The position numbers and the translations under genes are program-made. DNA of 64,000 nucleotides from Orbicella franksi (Eukaryota): contig OZ116707.1 in assembly GCA_964199315.1 (NCBI GenBank), forward strand, positions 8,246,001-8,310,000, written 5' to 3'. The notes under the pieces are model-generated. The model worked only from the letters and a program-made list of their open reading frames with translations. It searched no databases and had not been told where the DNA came from. Shown here piece by piece: positions 13,008 to 25,775 of this stretch (position 1 is the stretch's first letter; every line of letters starts with the position of its first letter).

Positions 13008-16000
13008 TAGGGAGTTTAGTCACATGATTTTCCCACGCGAATCGAGCCAAAACATTACCACTTCCAAACTTTCCGTTTATTCTCGTTAATATATTGTGTT
13101 CTTCTACAATTAAAATTCACCCACCTTTAGAAGATACCTTTGAGAATAAAACCTTTAAATTTCATCGTGATTGGTGGCTTATTTCTATTGCGTCAGGGAT
13201 CGCGAGTGAAGCGTGACCACCATGCTTGACTAAACCTGACCTGACCTGGGGAAGGCAAAATTCAATTTCGCAGTGCTCATTCGCTACAAAACAATCGCTA
13301 ATGTATGAAAAAATAGGGCTAAAGGATCAGGGGACTCCTAGGCAGTGGTTACTTTGGTCAAATGTCCGCAGTTCACAAAATATAGTTGATTATCTAAATT
13401 AGAAGCTATTTTCGAAGAGATTTATTATCGTTATTCGGTTTAAACTACACCTGAAGTATTTTATAGCCTTTAAGGTTTTTGTTAAGCAAAAAATCAGTCG
13501 AATTTGACGTGTTTTCATGCACCGGAGAGCGAGTTATAATGTGTGAGTTCCAACGTGCACCGAGAAGTCATGGTGCACAGCAAGGATCAAGTTTGCCAGG
13601 GGCCATCAACTTCAACAAGCCTTTCGGATTTGAGTAAAACGGAGGGTAAGCAGATATTTCTTTGCTTTATTGAGCTTTTTTAGACAAATGATTTTATGCT
13701 TCACTTTACAAGCAAACTATTAGAAAATAAAATAAAATGCGCTGTTTATGGCTTTAAGAATTTTCCTGCTGAACCTGACACAGAAGCTTAGTGATTGTTG
13801 TATTCAGTAAATTGTGTAAATTAGTAAAACATGTTCATGTCCCACTTGAATTCGCTACTATTATTGGAATATTGTATGCACTAATATAGGTATCCTATTG
13901 TTTAATATTCTAATATTAGTGTTCTTTTGCTTGTATATTATTATTCCACCAAAGAGAAAATCTATGGCCTTTAGCTATTGACATATTGAGTATTGTTTTG
14001 GACTGAGCTTTACTTTGTGCTCAAATTTTGAAGTGTTACAGATTATAAGAACAGAGATTTAATGATGTTTTTAATTCCATTGACAGATAATGTTCTGTTA
14101 AACAAAAGCAGTTTTGGGGGACCTTACTGTCTGAGAAATGGTTTCGATGTGGCAGCCTTGAAGAGTGGGGATCTGGAACCTTTGAAGAGGGAGTCCTTTA
14201 CTGTTGGTCTTATCCTGGAACTCTGGAAACAGAGGAATTCTCTTAACCAAATGCTTCAATGGATAACTGCTTTGACTCCACTCGAACTGCAAAGGTATCT
14301 GAGTGGTGTGACAGCTCAAACTCTGAACAAATCATGCAATGATTTAATGAAAAAAGGCCAAAAGCTTGGTGAAAATAAAAAGAAAGAGGAACTTGAATTG
14401 CTGAAGCAAAGTTTGTTTCATTTACCTGGCTCAAATGCACCAATGGTGACAGAAACACTAACATCCAAGTCAAAAAAAATTGCAGAGCTTAAGGGTGAAA
14501 ACAGGGGGCTAAAAAGATCTGTCAGCAAAATGCTCAGTTTTAGTGAGAGACTGATGGATGAGAAAGATGCTTTGATTGATGACCAAGCAGCTTTGGAGGA
14601 TGAATATTTTTCAACTGTTGAACACATGCGTACAATAACGAACAATATTGCTGGTGTAGCTGTAAAGTGTAAACGTGAAAGGGATACCTTTGAGCAAGAT
14701 CTCAAAGGTTTGCAAGGGCAGTTCAATGAACAATCAGAAAAGCTGAATGAGATTCAAGAGAAACTAGCATCCTATACACCTAGAAATGTGAAAAAGAGGC
14801 AGTAAAGGGCACATTCAAAGATTAATGATCTTAAATCCAGAATTTCTGAACTTGAAGTGGAAAAGTGCAGTATCTCCAATGAGCTTTCAGAAGTCAAGGA
14901 AAAATGTGAACAAGCCAAAAGTGAAGTTGAACAGCTGAAAAAGCAGAAAATTGGCTTACAGAAAAAGGTGTCACATATCAAAAAGCAAAAGAGCACACAG
15001 GCTAATGAAATTGATTTGTTAAAGGAGCATGCTGCCAACATATTAAAGCTTGAATCATGTGCCAGAGTTGAAAGAAAAAAACAAAGAATTACAACAGCTA
15101 ACTTGTTTGCTGGAGGATGACACAATCAGCACATTTGAAGATGGGAAGTATGTTGACGAGGTGCAAGAAGTGATCATGGAACTGCTAGCCATGAATGTTT
15201 CAATGAGCAAGGTCAATGAAGTAATACAAACAGTTTTGAAAAAATTGGCCGGGAAAAGTTTGTCAAGACTTCCGAGCAAGGCCGTCCACTCTCGCCTACT
15301 TGTTTAGGCTAAGCACATTGCTGATGTACAACTAGGGAGGGCTATGCTAGAAGAAGCTGACCCTTCCCAGGTAGTTGGAAACACCCTCCATGGAGATGGC
15401 ACTACTAAATATCATTGGCATTACCAAGATTTTGAAATAACAACTCCCTCTTGTCAGACATACTCAATGGGCCTTCTTGAGTTGGGAAAGTCAGACACAG
15501 AAGCTATGATGGATTCATTTAAGTACAGAGTTAAGGAAATTGCACAAGCATTGCGCAGTGGTGAGAATGTAACAATTGAAGATAAAGTTGCAGAGTTGGT
15601 GACATCCATTAAGAACACCACGTCCAATCAAGGACCAACTAATGCCACTTTTAATGAACAACTGACAGAATTGCAAAAGGCATTACTCCCAAAGGTGGTG
15701 GAGAAATGGGAAGACCTTAGTGAAAATTCGAAGAAATCCCTTGAGGAAATGGGAAACTTTTATTGCAAACTGCATTTACTTGTAAATCTGGGTGAAGAAG
15801 CAAACAAAGCCTTAAAATTGTTTGAACATGCTGCAACAGAAGGCAGAAATCCATTGGCATTTCTTTCTTCAAATGAGTCTGGTTCCTGTAGGCTAACAAG
15901 AACAGCATGTGAAGCTTTTCATTCCCATGGTAGCCAGACCACTGGAGTGTCAGAGTATTTTGATGTGCATCTCTCTGAAAATGGTGTGGAAAGCAAATTG

Positions 16001-18224
16001 GTTGAATTCATCGGGAATCGCTTCAACATAATATTTTACAACTCTGCTGCTGTTTTCTACCATAAAAGCCATATTCAAGATTTCCTTTTTAAATGGCCTT
16101 CACCAAATCGCTTACTTCAGCTTGTGGCTAAAGACATTGTAGAACATGTCTACTTGGCAGGAGTTAGAGCCCTAGGAATTCTGGATAAAATTGTCACTGG
16201 CCCCTTTTTAGATTAACTGAGAAAGCAACGTCTGTTCTTGAACTCAATCCCCATTTGAGGCAAATGCAGGAGTGCTTCGAACAATGGAGCATGGATGCAT
16301 CCCCACTACTGGAAGGAGCAACTCTGTTTGATGAAGAGATCATTCCTATCCACCGAAATGACATATTTGACAGCCTCTTTCAAGAAGAAAGTGTTCAATT
16401 GGAGACATTGACACAAGAGGTCCTTGAGATCATGTTCAACTCATGGATCATCCTCTTTGAAAGACAAGCTCAAGATCAACTCCCTGGTGGAAAGTATGCA
16501 TCCCCATCTTCTGAGCAGTTAGCACAGGCAGCAAATGTTCCTGCAACTAACATGGCATCCGAGAGAGAACTTGGAGTTTTTGATTTACGCTTGCATTTTA
16601 AGCCTGCAGCAAGATTGATTTCCCATGAAGCTCTTGTCATGTGGACAAACAATAAAACTACTGCTTGGCTTAATTCACTATCACCTGAAGAGAAACAGAA
16701 GTGCATGGCTGAGGTAAGAGCAAATACTGGTGCAATCCTGGCTCGGTACAAGGAAAGAAAAGAGAAAATTTTCCAGCAATGGAAGGAGAAGTTGTTAGAG
16801 AAACAGAGAGCAAAGGAGGAAGCCGAAAGGAATTTGCAACAGCAGACTTAATCTCGTAAATGGCATTACAGAGTTGGGGGGTCCATGGAAGTCTGAAAAA
16901 GAAATTAAGGAAGGTCTGATGAAGTTTGCTTCTGGAAAGGAAAGACAAAAGGCACTTGTTACACAGCTTCAGTTTCAGAAAGTTGTCCTTCCAGCAAAAG
17001 CACCAACAAAGGAACACTTTCAGCAAGGAAAAACTGTGAGAGGCAAATGGGTTCTTTTTTCAGCTGAGCAGCTTGCCCAACACTTACTGGAAGTTCTTGA
17101 ACTCAACAGCTTTCAAGAAACAGAGCCCAAAAATGAAGGTGGACTCACCTACCGGAGTTCAGATGATCCGGCCAAAACCTTATCTGAAGAGAAAGCCAAG
17201 CTTGCAAAGAAGCTAACAGATTCCCGTCAAAAGGTCCTAATTACCCGAAGCAGAAAAACGCTTCCCCAGTTTTGAGAAAATCCTCTTCTCCTTGTTGGAA
17301 AAAGGGTCATGCACAACTGCATCGAGGATGGTTCTGAGCAAGCAGAATGGTTTAATGCAACTGTCTTGCACCTTGCTGAAGGTGTTACTGCTGGAGCAGA
17401 TCCTGAGTACATTATAAAATATGACATTGATGAAGATGATGATGAATGGACAATGCCATTACTTAAAGATTTAGACAAGGGGGATTTAATTTTACTTAAC
17501 TAATATTTACTTCAACATATTTTTTGGAATTGTGTAGTTCCATAAATATCCATACCTCCTCCACAGAAGGGTCTTTTAACTCAGAGCAGCCCCATTTAGC
17601 TTGTTACCATGGAAACAGGCACCTTTAATGTTATTGTTTCTGGTCTGTGTTATTTCAGATTGAATATTATAAGATTCCATTTACTTGATAAGCTGACATA
17701 TAATACCAAATGAGGTGGTTGCCATGGAAACAGAACCCTTAATCCCTCAACCCTTGATCTCAGAAAGGCTAGAAAATGCCAGGTTGTTTGTTTTTATTCA
17801 ATACTTATTGTCTTTTGATCAAAATTTGCCCTATTTCTTAGTATTTTCTGTATTAATTAATAATGTGACGTCTCAGGGTTGTCATGGCAACTTGATTGAT
17901 GCATAGGATGATAGCTCTGTCAACGCTCTACGTCATGGCCAAGTTTCATGGCCATAGCTTGCTTCATTCCAAAGTTATGGCTGAAAATGTAATTCATAGT
18001 GTTAATTCTTGTGCCACTGGAAATTCATAAGATCCATACTTGCTCTTGTATTTAAATGTCCATAAAAATTGCTAATTAAGTAATATTTAAAAATTCATAA
18101 CTCTGCTGCTAAAAGGCTGATTTCCATCATTCAAAAAGCAAAACGTTCAGAAAAATTGGGAGAATGTTTTAGCAGTGATTTCAAAGGTGATGAAAATTAA
18201 GGAAAAATGGGCTAAAATTCCCTA
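13008..18224 (+). mobile_element. Full-length hAT-related DNA transposon (hATw-like) with a 7-bp TSD
   Basis: Imperfect TIRs TAGGGAGTTTAG (13008) and CTAAAATTCCCTA (ends 18224). Perfect TTATCAA duplication at 13001-13007 and 18225-18231. Encodes a degraded transposase. Confidence 0.9.
14062..17503 (+). pseudogene. hAT-type DDE transposase (about 1100+ aa) with N-terminal coiled coil and C-terminal Spindlin-like Tudor domain
   Basis: LHGDGTT (first D), TTSNQGPTN (second D apparently mutated to N), FYCKLH (CxxH), GNRFN, PATNMASERELG (E). Six ORF pieces are joined across 3 stops and 3 frameshifts. C-terminus: LLVGKRVMH..EDGSEQAEW..YIIKYD..LLKDLDKGDL. Confidence 0.85.
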
Positions 18225-18260
18225 TTATCAAACATAAACTGTTTGAAACCAAATCAAATG

Positions 18261-20390
18261 TCAGTTATTCACAACAATAAATCTATGACGTTTATCTCTT
18301 CTTAATTCTTGACTATCGGTCAATGATGATGATAAATGTTTTCTCTGTCTGTCAACAATCTCCTCATTGTGATAGAAATCCACGAGAAAGTTGTAAACAA
18401 AGTGAACAGGAAAAGACTGCATTGTTGCACTTGGCAGATGTTTCAGGCTTTTACTATTATTTTGACGTTCTTGGTAACTTGTCTTGATTGTGTCTCTCTG
18501 AAGGCACAAATTAATATTGTGGAATTCACAAAGTTGCAATTTATGGGGATTTGCAGAGGTATGGAATCTGTCGCCAACCACATACCGCTGGGTAGACTGC
18601 GTCAATGGATGTGGTAAAGCAGGACCTGCCTCAAGGGACTTGCTAACAAGTTTGTTTGCACTGAATTCTGCAGTCACCAGTTCAGGAACACTGACCTGTT
18701 AAAAAAAGTGAAAACAGGTTTATTTTCAAGGAGTACACTGTCTCAGACTCTATGCTATCACCTCAAATTTTTATAAACTCTTTATAGGCTAGTGACTGTA
18801 GCATTAACGTGTTGAAACTGATCACTTCATTCGAAGGGACGTTTTGTTTTACTGGTTGCACTGGTTTGTATGGAGCAGTCAAAAATGGAAATCAAAGCGT
18901 GACTCCATTCAACATGTGGTCTTAAAACAGCAGTACAATGTGTTACATACGAGTGTCCACAGATGGGCCAGAAATAAACAATACAGGATAATGACAATAT
19001 ATGATCAAAATATCCAAAGCAACATTCAGACAGTCAGATTAATGTTGATCATAGATCTAGCTCAACATTAAAAAAAATTCTGTAACAGCTCAATAAACTA
19101 ATATAACAATTAATAGTGAAAGTTAAGTAATAATAATAATATGACAACAATATTGTATCTCCTTTGGTTTAGTACCCAGAATGGGTTTCTCAAAACAGCC
19201 CAAATGGTCCCCCCAAAACTGTGATGCAATGGCGGGTTCCCTAAGGTCCAAATGCCAAGCAAATCCACATGGTGTATCATTCACCAAAGGGAGTGGAGGA
19301 TACTTTAAGGAAAGGTATAGATCAACAGCATCTCTAACAGATTCCTGTTAAAGCAGGAACTTTGATGCCACAGTTGTCTAAAAGGAAAACATTTCAAAGA
19401 AAAATCTGTTTTAGGGGTGGGAAGCAATGTAAAGGTATCAAATAAAGAAAAGTAGCCTAAAAACCATATTTAAGTTTTCCTAAATGAATCCATTAACTTT
19501 CTACAAACCAAGACAAAAACGAATACCAAACATGAGTTTAACACAAACATTGTTTTAAAAATTTAACTGTGTAAGTTTGCATTAAGCACATTAAAGTTTT
19601 TGTTCTGTACCCTCCCAACTGCATTCTTAGCAGAGCTCCGGGCCACCAAGCAGAGCCGTGAACACTTACATTTTGTGCAGAGACTCCAAGGCACTGACAT
19701 TGAATTTTTCTTAGCCGAGGGTCTTTTGTTTTGTCTTTTTTGAGTTTTAGAAAGCCAAACAATATAAACAGAAAACCTGACCGCAAAGTTACAAAACTCA
19801 AATTAAAATTTTTGGGCGTTGAACAACCTGCTCCCATAGCTTTGCCTTTAGGATTGGCTAAATCTATGTAAAGAACATTCACGAACTCTTTTATTGCGTA
19901 AGACCTTGTTTTGTTTGCACAGATACGACACAGCTTGATATAGCATGTGATACCACATGAATATAATCAATTGTAAATTAAACTTTGATCAGTCCTTTTG
20001 CACAGCGAAGACGAGAACACGAGATCGCATTTTTACAAAGTTTTATGTTGTAAATAGGGACAAATTTCAAATTAAAAGGAAATTATTTCAAATACAATCT
20101 TGAAGTTTACTAAAATCTATATATTAGTATTTTAGGCTCAGTATCCTGACAATTTCAATGCAAATGCATCACAGATCATCAATATGGCAAATAAGAGAAA
20201 ATAATATACTACGGTAGTTTTTTTTTTAATGTGATGTAGAGATGATAAAAAACAAATTGTAACACACCCCATGACAGCAAACCATGTGATAGAATCCACC
20301 AGTGTGGCCACATACATGGGTGAAACCATGACATGGCAAAGATCCAGTAAGCAATGAAGAGTAAAGGGATTGAAGTCTTTGGATAAGCAG
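18261..20390 (-). pseudogene. Spliced KDZ (Kyakuja-Dileera-Zisupton)/HMGXB3-like transposase, catalytic part
   Basis: Exon about 20390-20268 encodes GHTGGFYHMVCCHG. Exon 19377-19176 encodes TTVASKFLL*QESVRDAVDLYLSLKYPPLPLVNDTPC and joins the first in phase 0. Exon about 18695-18261 encodes VVGDRFH...KTSYQERQN. These match the KDZ GG-x5-CxHG / ESxRD / D / DxFH / E pattern. Confidence 0.7.
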
Positions 20391-20489
20391 TGCCTAATGA
20401 ATAGGAGACATAATAACATAGCATCATGTTGACATTCAAAGTTTACAAACCTAACTTTTCTATAATAACAATTAACAAAAAAATAAAGA

Positions 20490-20563
20490 ATGTCACGTCA
20501 GGTCATGTCACATCATGTCATGTTGTGTCGTGTCGTGTCACGTCATGTCACGTCATGTCGTCA
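20490..20563. repeat. Degenerate (TGTCA/CGTCA)n pentamer microsatellite
   Basis: atgtcacgtcaggtcatgtcacatcatgtcatgttgtgtcgtgtcgtgtcacgtcatgtcacgtcatgtcgtcatc. Confidence 0.7.
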
Positions 20564-21081
20564 TCTCTGAGGTTTCTTCTTATAAATTATGTGAACAGCA
20601 ATTGTTGTATTTGCCCCCCTTCCCACTTCAATATGCCATTTAAATTAATAAAAAAAGACACCACCTAAAACAAAATGAATATCTGGTTCATTGTGACATT
20701 GTTATCACAGCGACACCCTTTTGGGCTGGTTAAATGCATAATGATAAACACAATGTTTTCTTTTACAAAGTTCTTTTCAAAGGGCATGTGAGTCTGGGAG
20801 ATAATTTTTAACAATCTTCAAGCACCATGTGCTCAAAACAGCACATGATGGTGAGAACACATGTTCATTGCAAGATGATTGAGGCAACTGTGAGAATTGG
20901 AGCATCGAATGGTGTACTGGTGAAACCACTTTCCTGGCACTATGGTTAATTGATATCCACCTTAAAATAGAGTTAAACATCTGCATGGTAAGCAATTATA
21001 TATTTTTTTATTTCTGAACAATGCTGATAGTACAAGTGATACCCCAAGAAAGCAGTTTACTGGAAAGTGGCAGCGACAGCA

Positions 21082-21209
21082 GTGACAAGGAAAGTAGTGA
21101 AGATGAAAGTGACAACAAAAGTAATTGTGAAGATGTGGGTGACAAGGAAAGCAGTGAAGATGAAAGAGACAACCACAGTAACCATAAAGATGTGGGCAAC
21201 AAGGAAAGT
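21082..21209 (+). repeat. 57-bp tandem repeat (about 2.2 copies) encoding an acidic Ser/Asp/Glu peptide
   Basis: GTGACAAGGAAAG unit starts at 21082, 21139 and 21196. Confidence 0.7.
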
Positions 21210-21370
21210 TCTGATGAGAGCAACATCCTTTCCAGCACAGATCCTCCCTTTTCAGAAGACAGGAAGAAATTGTTTTTCCCGCAAATAACTTTGTCAGCAT
21301 TGTCCAGCACTTTCCACTAAATTTTCCTTTCGAATACAAAACAGCAGTTTTACCAAAACATGATTTAGCC

Positions 21371-22096
21371 ATGGAGCCAGCACATTCTACAGAAAGCTCC
21401 AGAAAATTGAGTTCAACCAGGCAGTCACACGTTTGTTGGACTGATGGAGAGGTTAAAATTCTAATTGCAATTTACAGCAGAGTACCCCAAACAAGACAGG
21501 CCATGAAGGACAGGATAGCTGCAGCACTTGTTGCCAAAAGCAAAGAAATAAAAGTACAACAAACAGGCAGGTACATTGAACTCTCTAGCTACTCCCACAC
21601 CAAGTCCAAGTTCCTCTTTGGCTGGCCAAAGTGCAACTAACACAGCAGCAAGAAGTAATCATGAATCGGAAATGGATTAAGAGTCACCCCTGTCATAAGC
21701 ACTATCTAGAAGTGGGACCAGCAGAAAAAAGGAAAAGAACAGTTGGGAACCTGACAAAATGCATGGGACCACCAGATGACGATGAGGATGCCTCAACAGA
21801 TGATGAGGAACTACTTAAAGACAAAAAGCTAATTTTCAACGACAGGAAAAAGTCAGATTCGAAGAAAAAAGTCGAAGTTGAGTAAAAGGGATGACAAACA
21901 CAGTAAGGATCAAAGCAAGGTAGAAGAAATGTTGAAGGAGCTAATCATGGTGCAAACAGAAGCTGCAAAGAGAGCAGAAAAGAGAGAAAGAGAGGAAAAG
22001 AAGAAACTGTTCCAGTGTCTTAGGGAGTCTGACAACCGTAACCAAGAGGTTGCGCTTGGTGCTGGCCAAGAATTAGGCACAATCCTAAAGAAATAA
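21371..22096 (+). pseudogene. Myb/SANT-like (trihelix) accessory gene of a PIF/Harbinger element, fragmented
   Basis: WTDGEVKILIAIY N-terminal motif, acidic linker and C-terminal coiled coil (KVEEMLKELIMVQTEAAKRAEKRERE); convergent with a Harbinger transposase. Confidence 0.55.
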
Positions 22097-22799
22097 AAGT
22101 TAAACCTTCTTTCTCCATGTTCACAAGGTTCTCTATCGTTACAGTTTTGTGACAGATCATTTGAATAGTTTGAGAGTGAATTTTCCCAATTCAGTTTTTT
22201 CAGACTTACTAGATAAGCAGAAATGGAAAATAATCTTAAAGTATGACATATATAATTAAAGTACTTGTTCACGAATGTAAATGTTATAAACAAAGTTACA
22301 GATAGAATCAATCAAAGTGGATGCTTTCTGTTACATTGCTAGCCATTATTTGGAATTTAATGCTCAGAAGTATGAGCAATTTGTATTTTTTATTTTTACT
22401 AGCAGAAAAAACTATGACATAAAATATGTGTTTCAATAGAAATCTACATGTCAAATAATATTATTGTAGTCTCTAATTTTAACATTTTTCAGCTTAATAA
22501 AATGACAGTCTATATTTCAGAAACAGGCTACCTTAAGGCTCAAGTTCTGCTGATTCCTCTTGGTCTTAACCAGACATTGGAGTTAATTTTAAGTAAAGTG
22601 TGAAACCCCAATCAGAAATAAGATCCCACTATCAAAATCAGTTTAATCGGCGCGAAAGGCAATAACAGCTTCCCATATGATTCGTTTCACCTGGTTACCA
22701 CCACCTTAATCATCTCCATCATCAGAACTATTGTCATCTTCAAACTCATTGCCCATCATCTTCAAACTCGTTGCTGAATAAAAAGCAACTTTTGTGCAA

Positions 22800-23631
22800 A
22801 ATACAAGCTCAAGAGAGCATGTGGAATTTTTGGTGTTTAAGATTCTTTTCGGCCCTTAGGTACAGTGCACTAAGTCACATACTCTGGCATCGTGAATACT
22901 ATTGGCCATCCTGTGCTGTTCTCTATAAATTTACCAGCAGCATTGACTCCTTGCAAATTAATTGATTAGTTTTGTTTCATGTTGAAATAGTCTTCATGGT
23001 TAACCTAAGGTGCTTTTATGGTGATATGGGAACCATCTATTTCTCCAACAACTTTCGGACATCCAGCTAAACTCTCCACCCTCCTCATAAGCAGTGCAAG
23101 ATCAAGTGGATCACCTGGGAACTGAATAAAATCATTCTTGTGGCATATTAAGGCTCCCATGAAGTTCTCACATATCTTTATTACAGTAGATTTTCCTTGT
23201 ACAAAGCTTATTCCTGTCGTTTTATGTGAGTTGCTGGTTCCCAGTCTCCATAAAGTAATTGCCATGTGCTTGTTCAAAGCAGCAGCCTTTTGGAAGTGAG
23301 TATTTTCCTTTGAAAGGTCTGGTCCAACCAGCTGACAAATGTAATCAAATGTCACCTCTGAAACATGGAACTCATTTTTCCACAAGGGAAACAAGACTCT
23401 CTTCAAACCAACCCTGTTGTCTGGGATATATCCATGCCGCTCTTCTTTGCCACATACAAGCATGCCTCAGTCTTCTAACCTTTTTTGTGAGGAGAGCAGT
23501 GATTAAGTCATGCCATCTTTTCTTAAAAAGAAAATACATGTCCAAGGCAATAATCTAAATCTCTGAGCTCTCTGGATAGCAATGATTAGAAGAAGAGCAA
23601 CTATCATAAGGACCACATGTTCAGAATCCAT
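22800..23631 (-). pseudogene. PIF/Harbinger (HARBI1-like) DDE transposase, N-terminal half
   Basis: WKNEFHVSEVTFDYIC, AITLWRLGT, GKSTV, FIQFP, VVGEIDGSHITIKAP; degraded and truncated downstream. TIRs not found. Confidence 0.85.
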
Positions 23632-24263
23632 AGCACACAGCAGGCACAGAAGATATTTTTCCTCAGACAAAAGTCAGACAAGTAAAAAATGGGCTGTCTG
23701 AGTTTATCTGTTTTTTCTTATCAAATTGCAAATTGATTGACAAACTTTAGACAAGAAGCCATCTGGGAAATATTTTATTCAACAAGCACAGTTTACTATA
23801 GCCAACTTTTGTTTACTTACTTTTACAATGGCAAAATTCTAATGTGACCTTAACCAACGAGCATCTTTAGTATACAGTGAGTTTGTGTAGGGACCAATCT
23901 CACTGCCTAAGGCCTCAGCATCATTTTCAGTTTGGTCGAGTTACCTCAATACACAGTGTGCCTTAGTAAGGCCCAGTCTCATTTACTATAGCCTTAGCAT
24001 TATTGTGTTGAGTATCCCAAGTATAAAGTGCGTTTGAGCAGGAGCGAGAAAATATTTTGTTATTTTTGTCTCATAATTGTGAATTTGTCAAAGGAGAAAC
24101 AAAACAGCACATTCACAGCTGAAATGCCAGTCCAAGCAATTAGAATGCTATATCCAAACACAACAACATTTTAACTCTATTTTTATCCAATTTGAAAAGC
24201 TTGATCAATGAAACAATTTAAAGTTCCTTTCTAACTTCATTTAACGACATTTACAAAACATTT

Positions 24264-24440
24264 TTGATGCAAAATAAAGGTGATCTTATTGTCAAGGAAA
24301 CTGGAATTTGGTTTTTAAATGATGACAAAAGTCAAAGCTGGCTTGCTCCTTCTCCAGATGGAATCATAGAGGAAAGTGGACAAATAAAAACTGTTCTCGA
24401 AATAAAATGTCCTTTTAAGGGAGGCCAAACTGTTCCATAC
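24264..24440 (+). pseudogene. YqaJ/lambda-exonuclease-like PD-(D/E)xK fragment
   Basis: ETGIW...WLAPSPDGII...VLEIKCPF matches the SPDG...EIKCP signature. Confidence 0.65.
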
Positions 24441-25398
24441 AGAAATGTTTGTATCAACCACATCTCTAAACCACGTCAAAAATGTTCTGTACATCTACTC
24501 AGCAGTGTCACCATGTTGTTTGGACTCCTACTGGCACTAAAGTTCTCTTGAGTGAAAGAGCTGATAGTTATATCGAGCTACTCCTAAATTACTGGTATAA
24601 ATTTTGGAATCTTGCCTCTGGTGATACACAGAAAGCATGACGTGAGGTTGTCTTTGGTCTAAAACAAAAAAGGCAAAGAAATTGCCACAGAGAGCCCTGT
24701 ATAAGTTTCGTGTCCAATTCTCTCATTACCCCAAATGTTCTCTCTCGTGATGATCTTTTTTTTACACTTTAATTGTGACTCACACTACTTACAATGGTAC
24801 GTCTACTTACACTATTTACAAAAGTAATACAACTACTAAAGTAACTTTTTTATACAATTCAGTTACTAGCGCACTACTTACACTACTTACAATTCAATGC
24901 AATTACAGGTGCTACTTACAATAATACAATTTGCATAACTTACTCTAAAAAACAATACGATTACTTATTCAACTTATGATACCACTTATGATTACTGAAG
25001 TTTTTCTTGTTGATATTTTTTTCAGTTTCATATTTAATCTTAAGTTTTGATTGCAGTCGTTGAATTTTAGGAAGTGTTTGGCTTCTGCAGTCCCACAAAA
25101 ATAATTTTCCAATTACCATGAAATAGTTTAATAAATTTGATAAAGGGCATTGTTTGGATAAAACTCCAAATAAAACCTTTTGTGCAGAAAGATGGATTGG
25201 CTGATCCAATAGATGGTACCAGTACGATTCAAAATCACTCCAGAACGTTTTGGAGTGAGGGCATTCACGGAAAAGGTGATATAAATTCTCAGGTTCATCA
25301 TTAAAAAAAGTACATGCATCTTAATTCTAAATCCAATTTTGCATAGTTTGCTGTTAGTGTAGAGAATAGAATTACTTACTTAGTATTGGAAGGCCTTG

Positions 25399-25613
25399 TG
25401 TACAAGAATTCCCTCTGGACTGTATTTATTCTGGATTCTATAGGCTCTACTCCTTAAGATTAGGCTGTCTCAGACTCTACCAACTGAGGATTACAAGGAT
25501 TCCGAAGGATTCACTTCGTACACATTTTCAATATGGCTTCTCATACAAAATAATAACATTCAACATGTCCCAAAAACACGTTCGGTCTCATGACAATTAC
25601 ATCATCACGTACA
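25399..25613 (-). repeat. 3' LTR of the BEL element
   Basis: Direct repeat of 30197-30411 with 9 substitutions in 215 bp by my count; adjacent to the polypurine tract (CTCCCCCC on + at 25614-25621). Confidence 0.95.
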
Positions 25614-25775
25614 CTCCCCCCGGTTGACCATGATAGAATGGTCAACAGTTCACTCTGTTGAAATCAACTGATCAAACTAGCCTTAATAGACAAAAAACTG
25701 TCCTCAGATTAGCGAACAAGAAAAACTATGAAAACACAACAAACAATGCTCAACGTTCACAGTAAACTTAATAGT

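Noticed and set aside
10104-18224. PHD gene as part of the hAT element
   Set aside because: The hAT TIR and TSD at 13001-13020 place the PHD exons outside it.
21008-21372. Leu/Ser-rich and Cys/His-rich minus-strand ORFs
   Set aside because: They are antisense readings of the 57-bp acidic repeat.
23860-24010. Harbinger right TIR (TTTACTATAGCCTT)
   Set aside because: No matching inverted partner was found left of the Myb-like gene, so element ends were not called.
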